Shown here: positions 20,515 to 29,310 of the stretch, piece by piece
How positions within the stretch are numbered: position 1 is the first letter of the stretch
How the letters are laid out: each line of letters begins with the position of its first letter
From: Candidatus Altimarinota bacterium
GTDB taxonomy: Bacteria; Patescibacteriota; Gracilibacteria; 1-14-2-50-48-13
Assembly: GCA_046314355.1 (NCBI GenBank)
Contig: JBKBWQ010000001.1
Location: 576,001 to 640,000 of the forward strand
Direction of reading: 5' to 3'
DNA: 64,000 bases
Translations under genes and position numbers: made by a program
The notes under the pieces: generated by a model
Told to the model about the DNA's origin: nothing
Databases searched by the model: none
The model's input: only the letters and a program-made list of their open reading frames with translations

Positions 20515-20832
20515 TTATGCTACGATATCAACAATCTGAAGTCGAGTCTGATAGCTTCGATGTCCAAATGCTCTTCGCTGTCTTTTCTTTGACTTCATCT
20601 TGAATACTCGGATCTTCTCTCCTCTCTGATGATTGAGAACCTTTACCTTTATCTTTACTCCATCAACAAACGGAGCACCTACAGAAACTGCATCTTTTCC
20701 GTCCTTATTAAAAAGAACAACATTTCCAAGCTCCATCTCGGATCCTTCATCTGCAGATAGCTGATCTACAATAATCGTCTTCCCTTTCTCAACCATGAAT
20801 TGTTTTCCGGCAATTTCAAGTACAGCAAACAT
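20515..20832 (-). CDS. rplU: 50S ribosomal protein L21
   Basis: 'MFAVLEIAGKQF...GEKIRVFKMKSKKR...GHR'. Confidence 0.96.
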   Translation of the reverse strand: MFAVLEIAGKQFMVEKGKTIIVDQLSADEGSEMELGNVVLFNKDGKDAVSVGAPFVDGVKIKVKVLNHQRGEKIRVFKMKSKKRQRRAFGHRSYQTRLQIVDIVA

Positions 20833-20956
20833 AAGTAATTCATACAAAATAAGCCCTCACACTATATTGGTTTAAAGGCAGTAGGTCAAGTTTTTCTTGT
20901 GAAAATTAAGGAGTTTTCTGGTATAATAAAAAGAAGGTTTATTTCTACCTCAATGT

Positions 20957-21442
20957 ATGCAGTTTAAGATTCCTCAAAATATAGATATTGAAGAGAAAAT
21001 TCTTCCTTTTCTGACAATCAAACAGCTGTTTATTTTGCTGGGTGGGGGTGCGGTTGCGTATCTCATTTATATTGCGTCAGTAGGGCGTTATGATCCAAGT
21101 ATTTACCTTATTCCAGTCATACTCATAGTTGTTGTAACGGTGCTTATCGCATTTTTTAAAATGGAGAATATCACCTTTATCAAGCTCGTACTGCTTATGA
21201 TGGAGTCTCTTATAAATCCTCGTACAAGAGTTTGGTTCCACTATGCTGAGCCACTTTCTCCTTTAGATGAGTATGATATTCTTCTGCAGCTAGAGCAAGA
21301 AGGTACTAAGAAATCTCCTCAACCTGTCCAAAATCAGAATGATCTTTTACATAATCTCGAAAATCTTACTCAAGTCGTTGATACATCTCAAAATTTTCTT
21401 TCAGAAAAACCTACTTATCAGGATGAACGTCCTTCATCATAA
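20957..21442 (+). CDS. PrgI family membrane protein
   Basis: 'MQFKIPQNIDIEEKI..LTIKQL', two TM helices, 'PRTRVW'. Confidence 0.8.
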   Translation: MQFKIPQNIDIEEKILPFLTIKQLFILLGGGAVAYLIYIASVGRYDPSIYLIPVILIVVVTVLIAFFKMENITFIKLVLLMMESLINPRTRVWFHYAEPLSPLDEYDILLQLEQEGTKKSPQPVQNQNDLLHNLENLTQVVDTSQNFLSEKPTYQDERPSS

Positions 21443-21453
21443 TTTTCACTACT

Positions 21454-22155
21454 ATGGCTGATTCAGTCAAAAAAAATACATCCTCTTCAGCAAATTCTAC
21501 TATACGGTATCTTCCCTTTTCGGAGATTCACGATGATACACTTATTTTAAAAGATGGAAGTCTTCGAGGTGTAGTAGAGGTTGGCAGTGTAAACTTCAGC
21601 TTAAAATCAGAGGAGGAGCAAAATGCCATTATTTACTCATATCAGAATTTCCTAAATTCTCTAGAATTTCCTGTACAAATTCTTATTAAATCCAAAAAGC
21701 TCGATCTTGATGATTATTTAGATAAGTTGAGAGTAGTAGCCGAACAGCAGACAAATCCTCTCTTAAAAAAACAGACAATCGACTATATTCAGTTTATTGG
21801 AAAGCTTATTGAATATGCAGATATCATGGAGAAGAAATTTTATATCGTGATTCCTTACGATACGCTCACAGGTGGTCAGAAGAAAAATATGTTTCAGCTC
21901 TTTCTCTCTAGTATCAATCCTGATGATTCAATCTCAAAATATAAATCCCGAAAGAAAGAATTCGTGGATTACAAAAAAGGTCTCTTACAGAGAATGAGTA
22001 TTATACAATCAGCTTTAGAGAGCTGCGGGCTGACTACAAAGATACTAACAACCAAAGATCTTATTCAGCTCTTCTACGGTATCTATAACCCTCTTACAGC
22101 GATGGATCAGAAACTGAAGGAGATAAATATCTTGGAGCCCCAGGCGGCAAAATAG
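21454..22155 (+). CDS. TraC/VirB4-associated N-terminal-domain protein (CPR-type)
   Basis: 'SVNFSLKSEEEQNAII..YQNFLNSLEFPVQI...KKFYIVIPY...LIQLFYGIYNP'; adjacent to PrgI. Confidence 0.7.
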   Translation: MADSVKKNTSSSANSTIRYLPFSEIHDDTLILKDGSLRGVVEVGSVNFSLKSEEEQNAIIYSYQNFLNSLEFPVQILIKSKKLDLDDYLDKLRVVAEQQTNPLLKKQTIDYIQFIGKLIEYADIMEKKFYIVIPYDTLTGGQKKNMFQLFLSSINPDDSISKYKSRKKEFVDYKKGLLQRMSIIQSALESCGLTTKILTTKDLIQLFYGIYNPLTAMDQKLKEINILEPQAAK

Positions 22156-22224
22156 GACTCATGTAATTGGATTCAATAATTGAGCTCAATTACTTAATTA
22201 TTGAGCCCAATTACTAAATTACTC
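22155..22224. repeat. Modular palindromic intergenic array, copy 3
   Basis: GGACTCATGT-AATTGGATTCAAT-AATTGAGCTCAATT-ACTTAATT-ATTGAGCCCAATT-ACTAAATTACTC. Confidence 0.85.
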
Positions 22225-22227
22225 TTC

Positions 22228-22264
22228 AAAAAAAGCACCTCTTATTTCTAAGAAGTGCTTTTTA
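22228..22264. terminator. Bidirectional intrinsic terminator
   Basis: AAAAAAAGCACCTCTTA...TAAGAAGTGCTTTTT. Confidence 0.75.
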
Positions 22265-22291
22265 TTGAACGCAATATTCTTCCTTTCAGAA

Positions 22292-22993
22292 TTATTTTGC
22301 GCTTACCGCATCGCTGATATCTACACCGATTGCAGGTCCCATAGTAGTAGTCAATGAAAGAGTCTTCATATAAACACCCTTGATACCTGTTGGCTTAGCT
22401 GCGCTTACTGCCTTGATAAAGGCAATAACGTTCTCGAGAAGCTTCTCTTTTCCAAAAGAAACCTTTCCAAAACTTGCGTGGATAATACCGAATTTATCAG
22501 TCTTAAACTCAACTTTACCTGCCTGGAGCTCCTGGATTGTTTTAGCAATCTCGGTAGTAACTGTTCCAGACTTTGGATTTGGCATCATACCCTTTGGTCC
22601 AAGTACCTTAGCAACTTTTGCAAGGTCTCTCATCATATCAGGTGTTGCAATAGCAATATCGAATTCAAGAAATCCTTTATTGATCTCTTCGATCAAATCC
22701 TGATTTCCTGCTCTAACTGCTCCAGCTTTTGTAGCTTCTTCAATTTTATCATCACCAACGATGGCAACAACTCGAACCTTTTTACCAGTTCCATGAGGAA
22801 GTGCTACAGTGCTTCGTACAATCTGATCTGCATATTTAGGATCAGCATTCAAGTTGAAATGAATTTCAGATGAAGCATCAAATTTTACAGTAGAAGTCTC
22901 TGTAAGAAGCGCAATTGCTTCTGCAAGAGGATAGAGTTTCCCCTTCTCTACTTTTTTCTGTGCTTCAACATACTTTTTACCTCTTTTTTTCAT
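22292..22993 (-). CDS. rplA: 50S ribosomal protein L1
   Basis: 'LPHGTGK', 'LGPKGMMPNPKSGTVT'. Confidence 0.98.
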   Translation of the reverse strand: MKKRGKKYVEAQKKVEKGKLYPLAEAIALLTETSTVKFDASSEIHFNLNADPKYADQIVRSTVALPHGTGKKVRVVAIVGDDKIEEATKAGAVRAGNQDLIEEINKGFLEFDIAIATPDMMRDLAKVAKVLGPKGMMPNPKSGTVTTEIAKTIQELQAGKVEFKTDKFGIIHASFGKVSFGKEKLLENVIAFIKAVSAAKPTGIKGVYMKTLSLTTTMGPAIGVDISDAVSAK

Positions 22994-23007
22994 AAGATTT
23001 GTAGTTT

Positions 23008-23037
23008 CGTGGTACGAGCGGCGGAAGGCCTCCCACG
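23008..23037 (-). promoter_or_regulatory. L1-binding leader upstream of rplA
   Basis: Minus strand CGTGGGAG-GCCTTCCGCCGCTCG-TACCACG, the GGGAG/ACCAC L1 mimic. Confidence 0.7.
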
Positions 23038-23048
23038 TTAAATAAAAA

Positions 23049-23543
23049 TTACAATTTCTTTCTTAGCACAAAGAAATGGAGGATATATATAGGCAAGAAG
23101 ACGATAGTGAGTACCAAGGCAAGCAAGTTACTCTTTTCGAAATCAATGGCTTTCTGCTCTTCGATCTGTACTTTACGTGAATTCTTACAATTTTCAGTGA
23201 CACTTGTCTTTTCTTGAGGTGAAAGGGTTGCACCGCTTGCAGTCGTCATATCCTTTGAGGGACCATTTCCGTAAGCGTATGGATTGTATTCACAATCATT
23301 CAGCATATACATATATGAAGAATCAAGGGCCTTAGGAAAAAAATATCTACCGAGTATATTATATGCTCCTGTTGCAAGTCCTATAAGGAAAACTCCAAGA
23401 CTTAAAAGTGATACTACATAAATGTAGAGCCCTTTCAGTACATGCATTTTATCTTCCTTTATATGAACCATGGCAGCAGATATAAATATAATTATAATAA
23501 GAACTATAAGCAAAGCCATTCCGATTGAGAAAAGCCCTCCCAT
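23049..23543 (-). CDS. Hypothetical membrane protein inserted between rplK and rplA
   Basis: 164 aa, three TM helices, two Cys in the loop; abuts the rplK stop. Confidence 0.75.
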   Translation of the reverse strand: MGGLFSIGMALLIVLIIIIFISAAMVHIKEDKMHVLKGLYIYVVSLLSLGVFLIGLATGAYNILGRYFFPKALDSSYMYMLNDCEYNPYAYGNGPSKDMTTASGATLSPQEKTSVTENCKNSRKVQIEEQKAIDFEKSNLLALVLTIVFLPIYILHFFVLRKKL

Positions 23544-23544
23544 A

Positions 23545-23982
23545 TTATTCAGGCTGACCTGTAACAGTCACTCCCATACTTCTTGCAGTACCTGCAATGA
23601 TAAGAGCTCGCGCTTCATCATCATGGGCACTAAGATCAGAAGCTTTCTCCTGTCCAATTTCTTTACACTGATCCCAAGTGATAGTACCTACCTTTGTCTT
23701 GTTTGGTACACCTGATCCTTTTGGAATATTAATCTTCTGACAGATCAATACTGCCGCAGGAGGAGTCTTGAGGATAAATGAAAAAGTTCGGTCTTCATAG
23801 ATAGAAATCTCTACCGGAATAACCGTGTCTCCTTTCTCTCGAGTCTTGTCGTTAAACTGACTACAGAACTCTTGAATGTTGATACCTGTTGGTCCTAGGG
23901 CAGTACCCACCGGAGGTGCAGGGTTGGCCTTTCCAGCTTTAAGCTGAATCTTGACCATTTTCGTGACCTTTTTAGCAGCCAT
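23545..23982 (-). CDS. rplK: 50S ribosomal protein L11
   Basis: '[15 protein letters not shown]', 'GTARSMG'. Confidence 0.98.
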   Translation of the reverse strand: MAAKKVTKMVKIQLKAGKANPAPPVGTALGPTGINIQEFCSQFNDKTREKGDTVIPVEISIYEDRTFSFILKTPPAAVLICQKINIPKGSGVPNKTKVGTITWDQCKEIGQEKASDLSAHDDEARALIIAGTARSMGVTVTGQPE

Positions 23983-23997
23983 AGAAAATAGATGTTA

Positions 23998-24036
23998 TGT
24001 GGTTCAAGCAATCCGCAATGATACGAATCTCCCACT
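23998..24036 (-). promoter_or_regulatory. L1-binding leader upstream of rplK
   Basis: Minus strand AGTGGGAG-ATTCGTATCATTGCGGATTGCTTG-AACCACA. Confidence 0.65.
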
Positions 24037-24047
24037 AATAAAGTATA

Positions 24048-24830
24048 TTATAACGATCGGAAAAACTCATTAAAGTCCTCTTTTAGGCTAGATACTACGT
24101 CCACTGCGTAGTTAGCTCCTGTTTTGGACTCTACTACTATACGCAATAATTCTGGTTTATCAATATTATTATAATAAAACCCTCTTCTGCCAAATGCAGC
24201 ATCGGAGACCGTTATCTTTGGATTTTGAAGTACTCTTTGTGCTAGATCTCTCAAGAATAAGTTTACATTTCTTATAGTAGGGTCGACTTTCTTGATCTCA
24301 TAGAGAAATCCTACCTGATTACCATTTTTCTGCAGAATATATCTTTCTACTTTTACTGCTGTAGCATATGGGGTCAATGTTTCATAAAGTCTATTCTCTT
24401 TATATTCTGTCTTCACTACCAGATAATTTTTTCCTAATGTTGTCTGAGCGTATGCCTGCAAAGAAGCCTGTGAGACTGGATTTGTCGTTGTACCATTATT
24501 AGTACTTGTGGGAACTACAGCATTTGCATTTTGATTAGCTACCATGGCAGCATTCTGATTTGCCTGCGGTTTTGTAGTATTTAAATTTTCCTGTACTGGG
24601 ATGCTAGTTACAACATTTTGATTAACAACAGCAGGAACTATGTTTTCATTTACTGGCACCTGTAGGGCTACATTCTCATTTCTTGTACTTTCTTCACCGC
24701 CAAAAGCCAACTGAATTGCAGCTGGCTTTTCTTTATGTAGGCTCAAATATATTCCTCCAGATATGATACAGAGAAAAAATAACACAATTGTGAGTACTTC
24801 TCTAGCTAGACTTCCGGAGCGTGAAGACAT
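24048..24830 (-). CDS. Hypothetical membrane-anchored protein with Asn/Val-rich linker
   Basis: N-terminal TM, repeated (V)NEN/NQN segments, globular C-terminus; sits between nusG and rplK. Confidence 0.75.
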   Translation of the reverse strand: MSSRSGSLAREVLTIVLFFLCIISGGIYLSLHKEKPAAIQLAFGGEESTRNENVALQVPVNENIVPAVVNQNVVTSIPVQENLNTTKPQANQNAAMVANQNANAVVPTSTNNGTTTNPVSQASLQAYAQTTLGKNYLVVKTEYKENRLYETLTPYATAVKVERYILQKNGNQVGFLYEIKKVDPTIRNVNLFLRDLAQRVLQNPKITVSDAAFGRRGFYYNNIDKPELLRIVVESKTGANYAVDVVSSLKEDFNEFFRSL

Positions 24831-24846
24831 ATGAAACGGCTTAAAA

Positions 24847-25392
24847 TTATTTCTTCTTTATCTGCGTAAAATCAAGTTCTACTGGTGTTTCTCTTCCGAA
24901 CATACTTACAAGTACCTCAACTTTACCCTTATTATCATCAATTTCACTAATCGTTCCTTCATATGTATTAAATGGTCCTTCTGTAATAATAACCATTTCA
25001 CCCATCTCAAAGTCAATTTTGAATGAATTATCCTTATCTCCCATTCGTCTCTTGATCATCTTGAATTCTTCAAGAGACACAGGAACTGGAATATTTCCAG
25101 AACCTACGAATCCAGTAACATTTGGAGTGTTTCGTACAACATACCAAGATTCATCAGTTACATTCATTTCCACAAGTACGTATCCTGGAAAAATTCTTTT
25201 TTTCTCAGATTTTTTTTCTCCTTTTTTAATCACGATCTGTGTCTCCTCAGGGACAACTACATCGAAAATAAAATCCTGCATATTGTAAGTCTCGATTCTT
25301 TGTCTGATCGCTCTTTCTACAGCGTATTCGTATCCTGCGTAAGTATGTATCGCATACCAGTTGCGTCCTGTATTTTGTAATTGCTTAGCCAC
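24847..25392 (-). CDS. nusG: Transcription termination/antitermination factor NusG
   Basis: 'WYAIHTYAGYE', 'FPGYVLVEM', 'VRNTPNVTGF', KOW 'MFGRETPVEL'; GTG start. Confidence 0.98.
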   Translation of the reverse strand: MAKQLQNTGRNWYAIHTYAGYEYAVERAIRQRIETYNMQDFIFDVVVPEETQIVIKKGEKKSEKKRIFPGYVLVEMNVTDESWYVVRNTPNVTGFVGSGNIPVPVSLEEFKMIKRRMGDKDNSFKIDFEMGEMVIITEGPFNTYEGTISEIDDNKGKVEVLVSMFGRETPVELDFTQIKKK

Positions 25393-25421
25393 TTTTTTAA
25401 ATGGGTAGGTATATAAAAGAC

Positions 25422-25736
25422 CTAGTTACTAGGTGTAGTAGTCGGTGTCGTAGTCGGAGTGATCTCTACATTAGATGTCCCTTCTCCTGTTGCCGTAGTC
25501 TGTACGTCTGTAGGAAGAATCGGAGTAGTGTTCTGTGTAGTTGGAAGTGAGTTTGAAGCTGGAAGAGCGCTATAGATTGACTTCATTCCATAGTCTACAA
25601 GAGTAGCTATTGCTGAGAAGATCAAAACAAAGACAACTACATTCACAGTATGCTTGATAAGCTCATCTGTTTTTGGCCATGAAACTTTGCGTATTTCACT
25701 CCAAGAATCTTTAAAGAACTGAATTAGTGTACCCAC
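25422..25736 (-). CDS. secE: Preprotein translocase subunit SecE with a Thr/Pro-rich C-terminal tail
   Basis: 'SEIRKVSWP' motif plus TM, upstream of nusG. Confidence 0.92.
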   Translation of the reverse strand: MGTLIQFFKDSWSEIRKVSWPKTDELIKHTVNVVVFVLIFSAIATLVDYGMKSIYSALPASNSLPTTQNTTPILPTDVQTTATGEGTSNVEITPTTTPTTTPSN

Positions 25737-25841
25737 GGCGTAAGGATAAATTACAAGTTAAATTGAAAAAGCGTAAAAGTGCTTTACATGCAGTGTCTAT
25801 TATAGAGAAGTGGGATAAGACTGCAAGGGGAAATTAGGAAT

Positions 25842-25969
25842 GGAACTCGGTAATTTGGCACACATAATTGGACTCAATAATTAAGTAATTGAACTCAATT
25901 ACCGTAGCCCTAATTATAAGAGTCCAATTATGAGCCCTGAATATTGAGCCAAAATTACTAATTACTTCC
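25842..25969. repeat. Modular palindromic intergenic array, copy 4
   Basis: GGAACTCGGT-AATTTGGCACACAT-AATTGGACTCAAT-AATTAAGT-AATTGAACTCAATT-ACCGTAGCCCTAATT-ATAAGAGTCCAATT-ATGAGCCC...ATTGAGCCAAAATT-ACTAATTAC. Confidence 0.85.
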
Positions 25970-26029
25970 TCACTTCTCTTGCCTAAACCTTATCTCTCGC
26001 TATAATTCATCATGCATCTAAATCTGCAT

Positions 26030-26115
26030 GCCGAAATGGCGGAATTGGTAGACGCGCACGACTCAAAATCGTGTACATTCTATGTGTGAGGGTTCGATTC
26101 CCTCTTTCGGCACCA
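26030..26115 (+). tRNA. tRNA-Leu(CAA)
   Basis: GCCGAAA acceptor stem, loop CTCAAAA, long variable arm, GTTCGATTC, encoded CCA. Confidence 0.97.
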
Positions 26116-26262
26116 TTCTTCGCTGCTAGACGCAGCTACGAATGGCACAGCCAGAATGGAATGATACTTCGTAAACGAAGTATTTTATTGTATAGCGAAG
26201 AATGTCCCTCGTAGCCTACACCTGAATGGTAAGCTGCTTGTTCATCATGGCGAAGAGGGGCT
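26114..26262. repeat. tRNA-adjacent palindromic (REP-like) element
   Basis: CATTCTTCGCT (26114-26124) / AGCGAAGAATG (26194-26204); inner ATACTTCGT/ACGAAGTAT; GCTACGA/TCGTAGC. Confidence 0.55.
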
Positions 26263-26362
26263 CTAAAAATTAAGTAGAACTATGTTCGATACTTAACCTC
26301 ATACTTTTTTTGATAACTCACCATATCAGCTCACTTGCCACTCACACTCCTGAGCCTTGCAT

Positions 26363-26881
26363 CTATTTGCCATAATACCAAAACTCTAGCTTATCACCGG
26401 TTTCTTCTGTATCTCTTATATGTATCTGCTTCGTGAAGTGCTCAGGAATGTCAGGAAAAAATAGGTCACAGTCATAATTTTTTTGAATCCTAGTAAGATA
26501 GACTCCATCTATGTCCGGCAACTCCATCACCGTATGATAGAGTTGAGCTCCGCCAATAATAAAGATTTTTTCTACAGTCTGGTATTCTCTGTATAAAACA
26601 TGTTCAAGAGAATCTACTACAGTTGCACCCAAGAGGTGCAGATTCTTGTTTGATGATAAAACAATATTCTCTCTACCTGGAAGAGGTCTGAACTGATCTG
26701 GTATCGTTTCCCAAGTCTTTCTACCCATGATAACAATATTATGCTTAGCCGGATCAAGCGTCTCAGAAGTAATTTGCTTAAAAAACTTCATATCACTTGG
26801 ATAATGCCATGGAATTCCCCCTTCTTTTGCGAGACCGCCTATTTTATCTACGGCGGCGATTACGTATATCTTTGGTTTCAT
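26363..26881 (-). CDS. folA: Dihydrofolate reductase
   Basis: 'IPWHYPSDMKFFK', 'IMGRKTWETIP..FRPLPGRENIVLS', 'IIGGAQLY'. Confidence 0.96.
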   Translation of the reverse strand: MKPKIYVIAAVDKIGGLAKEGGIPWHYPSDMKFFKQITSETLDPAKHNIVIMGRKTWETIPDQFRPLPGRENIVLSSNKNLHLLGATVVDSLEHVLYREYQTVEKIFIIGGAQLYHTVMELPDIDGVYLTRIQKNYDCDLFFPDIPEHFTKQIHIRDTEETGDKLEFWYYGK

Positions 26882-26882
26882 T

Positions 26883-27698
26883 TTAAACGGCTATTGGAAA
26901 TTTGATAAAAGGTTCATGTGTATATCCCTCTAGTGAAAAATCCTCAAATTTTAATTCCCAGAAAGGTTTATTTGCAATTTTGAGAGTAGGCAGACTATGA
27001 GGCTTTCTTTCAAGCTGGGTTTTAATACCCTCAACCTGATTAATATAAATGTGTGCATCTCCAAGTGTATGTGTAAATATACCTGGAGTCAAACCACATT
27101 CCTGCGCAATCATGCTCATCAAGAGTGCATAGCTCGCAATGTTATATGGAACCCCCAGAGGAATATCTGCACTTCGTTGATAAAGCTGGCAATCCAGTCT
27201 TCCCTTCACTACATAAAACTGAAAGAATGCATGGCATGGGGGAAGAGCCATTCTATCAATATCAGCTACATTCCATGCACTTACAATAATCCTTCTGCTA
27301 TTTGGATTCTTTTTAATAGTATCTATCACTTCCTGAATCTGATTAATATGAGATTTTGTATACTGTCCCGTTTTATCATCCGGAGTAAATTTATCCCATT
27401 TAGTCCACTGGTATCCATAGATTGGACCAAGATTTCCCTCTTTATCTGCCCAGTCATCCCAAATCTTTGTGTATTCATGCAGTCCCTCATGAATGTTTGT
27501 TGAACCTTTCAGAAACCAAAGCAACTCTCTAAGAATAGCATCAAAGCTTACTTTCTTCGTAGTCACTATAGGAAATCCTTGCCGTAGATCATATTTACTC
27601 TGCGTTCCAAAGATAGAAATGGTACCTGTGCCAGTACGATCCCCTTTCTCTTCGCCAAACTTCAATACTTCGCGGACAAGATCGAGATACTGTTTCAT
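26883..27698 (-). CDS. thyA: Thymidylate synthase ThyA
   Basis: 'DRTGTGT', 'MALPPCH', '[18 protein letters not shown]'. Confidence 0.98.
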   Translation of the reverse strand: MKQYLDLVREVLKFGEEKGDRTGTGTISIFGTQSKYDLRQGFPIVTTKKVSFDAILRELLWFLKGSTNIHEGLHEYTKIWDDWADKEGNLGPIYGYQWTKWDKFTPDDKTGQYTKSHINQIQEVIDTIKKNPNSRRIIVSAWNVADIDRMALPPCHAFFQFYVVKGRLDCQLYQRSADIPLGVPYNIASYALLMSMIAQECGLTPGIFTHTLGDAHIYINQVEGIKTQLERKPHSLPTLKIANKPFWELKFEDFSLEGYTHEPFIKFPIAV

Positions 27699-27909
27699 AA
27701 ATATGGGTAGTGAATAATTAATTAATATTAACTACATTTTTTGATCAAAGGCAAAGAATTCTGGTATTTTCTAAAATCTCTGTTTAAAGCCCTAAGAGCC
27801 AAGGTCCGATGCCTATATTTACAAAGTGTTTACTAAAGCCAAGTTTTAATAGTACTTTCTCTAGGTTTAGAGATTCGTATCTGTTTCTTACAGCTTATAT
27901 CCAGTAATA

Positions 27910-27992
27910 TTGACATTTTTATATAGAAGTATATAAGTCTTTAGTTCTTTGAAATCTAGAAATTGCAGTAAGTTTTGAATGGTTCTTTGAAA
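27910..27992 (+). promoter_or_regulatory. sigma70-like promoter followed by two boxA-like GTTCTTTGAAA motifs
   Basis: TTGACA at 27910 and TATAAG at 27932; GTTCTTTGAAA at 27944-27954 and 27982-27992. Confidence 0.55.
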
Positions 27993-28109
27993 GGTGTAGA
28001 GATACGACTTTAAGAAGGAATGTTCATGCCCTTGCTGCAATGAAAAGCAGTATAGTACTTATTATTATATTAAAATTTGCCAGATCGAACTGGAGAAAGA
28101 AGGAAAAGT

Positions 28110-28763
28110 ATGAGTAATTTGAAGAAAGTCATCGTTACAACTATTGGTTTGGGAATTGTTTTTATTGGCGGTTGTACACAGCCACCAATTACTGCTAAGC
28201 AAGCTACTAGTGAAATCTCTTCACAGAAAAGCACAGATAAACCAAAGGAAGGAGGCATAATTGTCAGCTTTCCTTTCGAGAAATTTCAAAAGGAATATGA
28301 TAAAAAAATAGCAGAGGATGAGGTTGAGAGAGAGAAAAAGGCAAAGTCTAATGGAGATAAGATAGTTTTTATGATGAGTCCTGATTCTGCAAAGAATACT
28401 ACCATTATAAAAATTAAGAATGTTGGCGACGAGAATGTGTATTTAGAGGATGTTACATTCCTTTTTTATGCAGAAAAAACCACATTTTTAAAAAAAATTG
28501 AAATTCTTGATAAAGAAAAGATAGTTCTGGCATACGAAAATATTGCATTAGGTGAGAAAGGAACTCTAATAGAAATGCGTCCACACCATCTCATCCCAAA
28601 AGATGAGGTAAAGGAACTTACTCTTAGATATACAAGAAACAGCGATAGTGATACTGAAGTGATTGTGCTCTACCAGTCTGACTATTCAGTTATCGGTAAT
28701 AGCACTGGAATACTTTCACGTAAAAAAGAAAGTGAATACATATATGTAGGTAATTCACTATAA
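28110..28763 (+). CDS. Hypothetical lipoprotein (AT-rich orphan)
   Basis: MSNLKKVIVTTIGLGIVFIGGC lipobox-like start after AAGGA. Confidence 0.7.
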   Translation: MSNLKKVIVTTIGLGIVFIGGCTQPPITAKQATSEISSQKSTDKPKEGGIIVSFPFEKFQKEYDKKIAEDEVEREKKAKSNGDKIVFMMSPDSAKNTTIIKIKNVGDENVYLEDVTFLFYAEKTTFLKKIEILDKEKIVLAYENIALGEKGTLIEMRPHHLIPKDEVKELTLRYTRNSDSDTEVIVLYQSDYSVIGNSTGILSRKKESEYIYVGNSL

Positions 28764-28839
28764 AAATTGACCGCAAGGGTATTACAAACTGGCCATAATT
28801 AATTTTATGGTCTTTTTCTCTATTCCTCCCTAAACACAT

Positions 28840-28877
28840 AAAAGTCGCCATTTGGTAATGGCGAACTTTTTATTTTT
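28840..28877. terminator. Bidirectional intrinsic terminator
   Basis: AAAAGTCGCCATT-TGGT-AATGGCGAACTTTTT. Confidence 0.75.
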
Positions 28878-29310
28878 GTTTCGTTTGGAGTGCGAGTTTT
28901 GGCGCCCCAAGAAACGTATAGAAGTCGACGGAACCTCTCTGTTGTAGATCTCAACCTTACTTCGGTAATACAATGTCCCGCATCCCAAGGGTCGCTATAG
29001 CGAGATTTGATGAGCCGATTTTAGACTTGCTCCAAAGAGGAAGACCAGCCGCACCGCATCTCAGCAGTGGTGGAGGAGCAATTGGGAGTCACCCAAACGT
29101 CCAGTTTCATAAAGTAGAGACAAATGAGAGCAAGATGGAATCCCTACGGGAGAGAGCCTACATCTCTGGCTCAGAAAGTTTAGTGCCTCTCAGTGAACCT
29201 TGGTAGATTATGAGTGGTACGCTTCCGTGAGACACGATGAGATGAATAGGCCATCTATCTTTCATTTATCCCTGCTTGTGTTGTTAAAGATCTTTTTTGT
29301 TTTGATTTTC
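28841..29310 (-). ncRNA. Candidate structured non-coding RNA (unit B), family unknown
   Basis: TTGATT-17-TAAGAT promoter, A-rich leader with GATCTTTAACAA, GC-rich hairpin-dense body (TTGCTCC/GGAGCAA, TCGCTATAGCGA, GAGCC/GGCTC), terminator; no long ORF on the minus strand. Confidence 0.45.

Noticed and set aside
29068-29104. tmRNA (one- or two-piece) call for unit B
   Set aside because: The T-loop is non-canonical, the spacing to CCA is too long, and no matching 5' acceptor strand with a tag reading frame follows. Kept only as a resemblance.
28973-29206. 77-aa plus-strand ORF
   Set aside because: It has no recognisable motif, lies downstream of a terminator with no evident promoter, and is antisense to the better-supported minus-strand unit.
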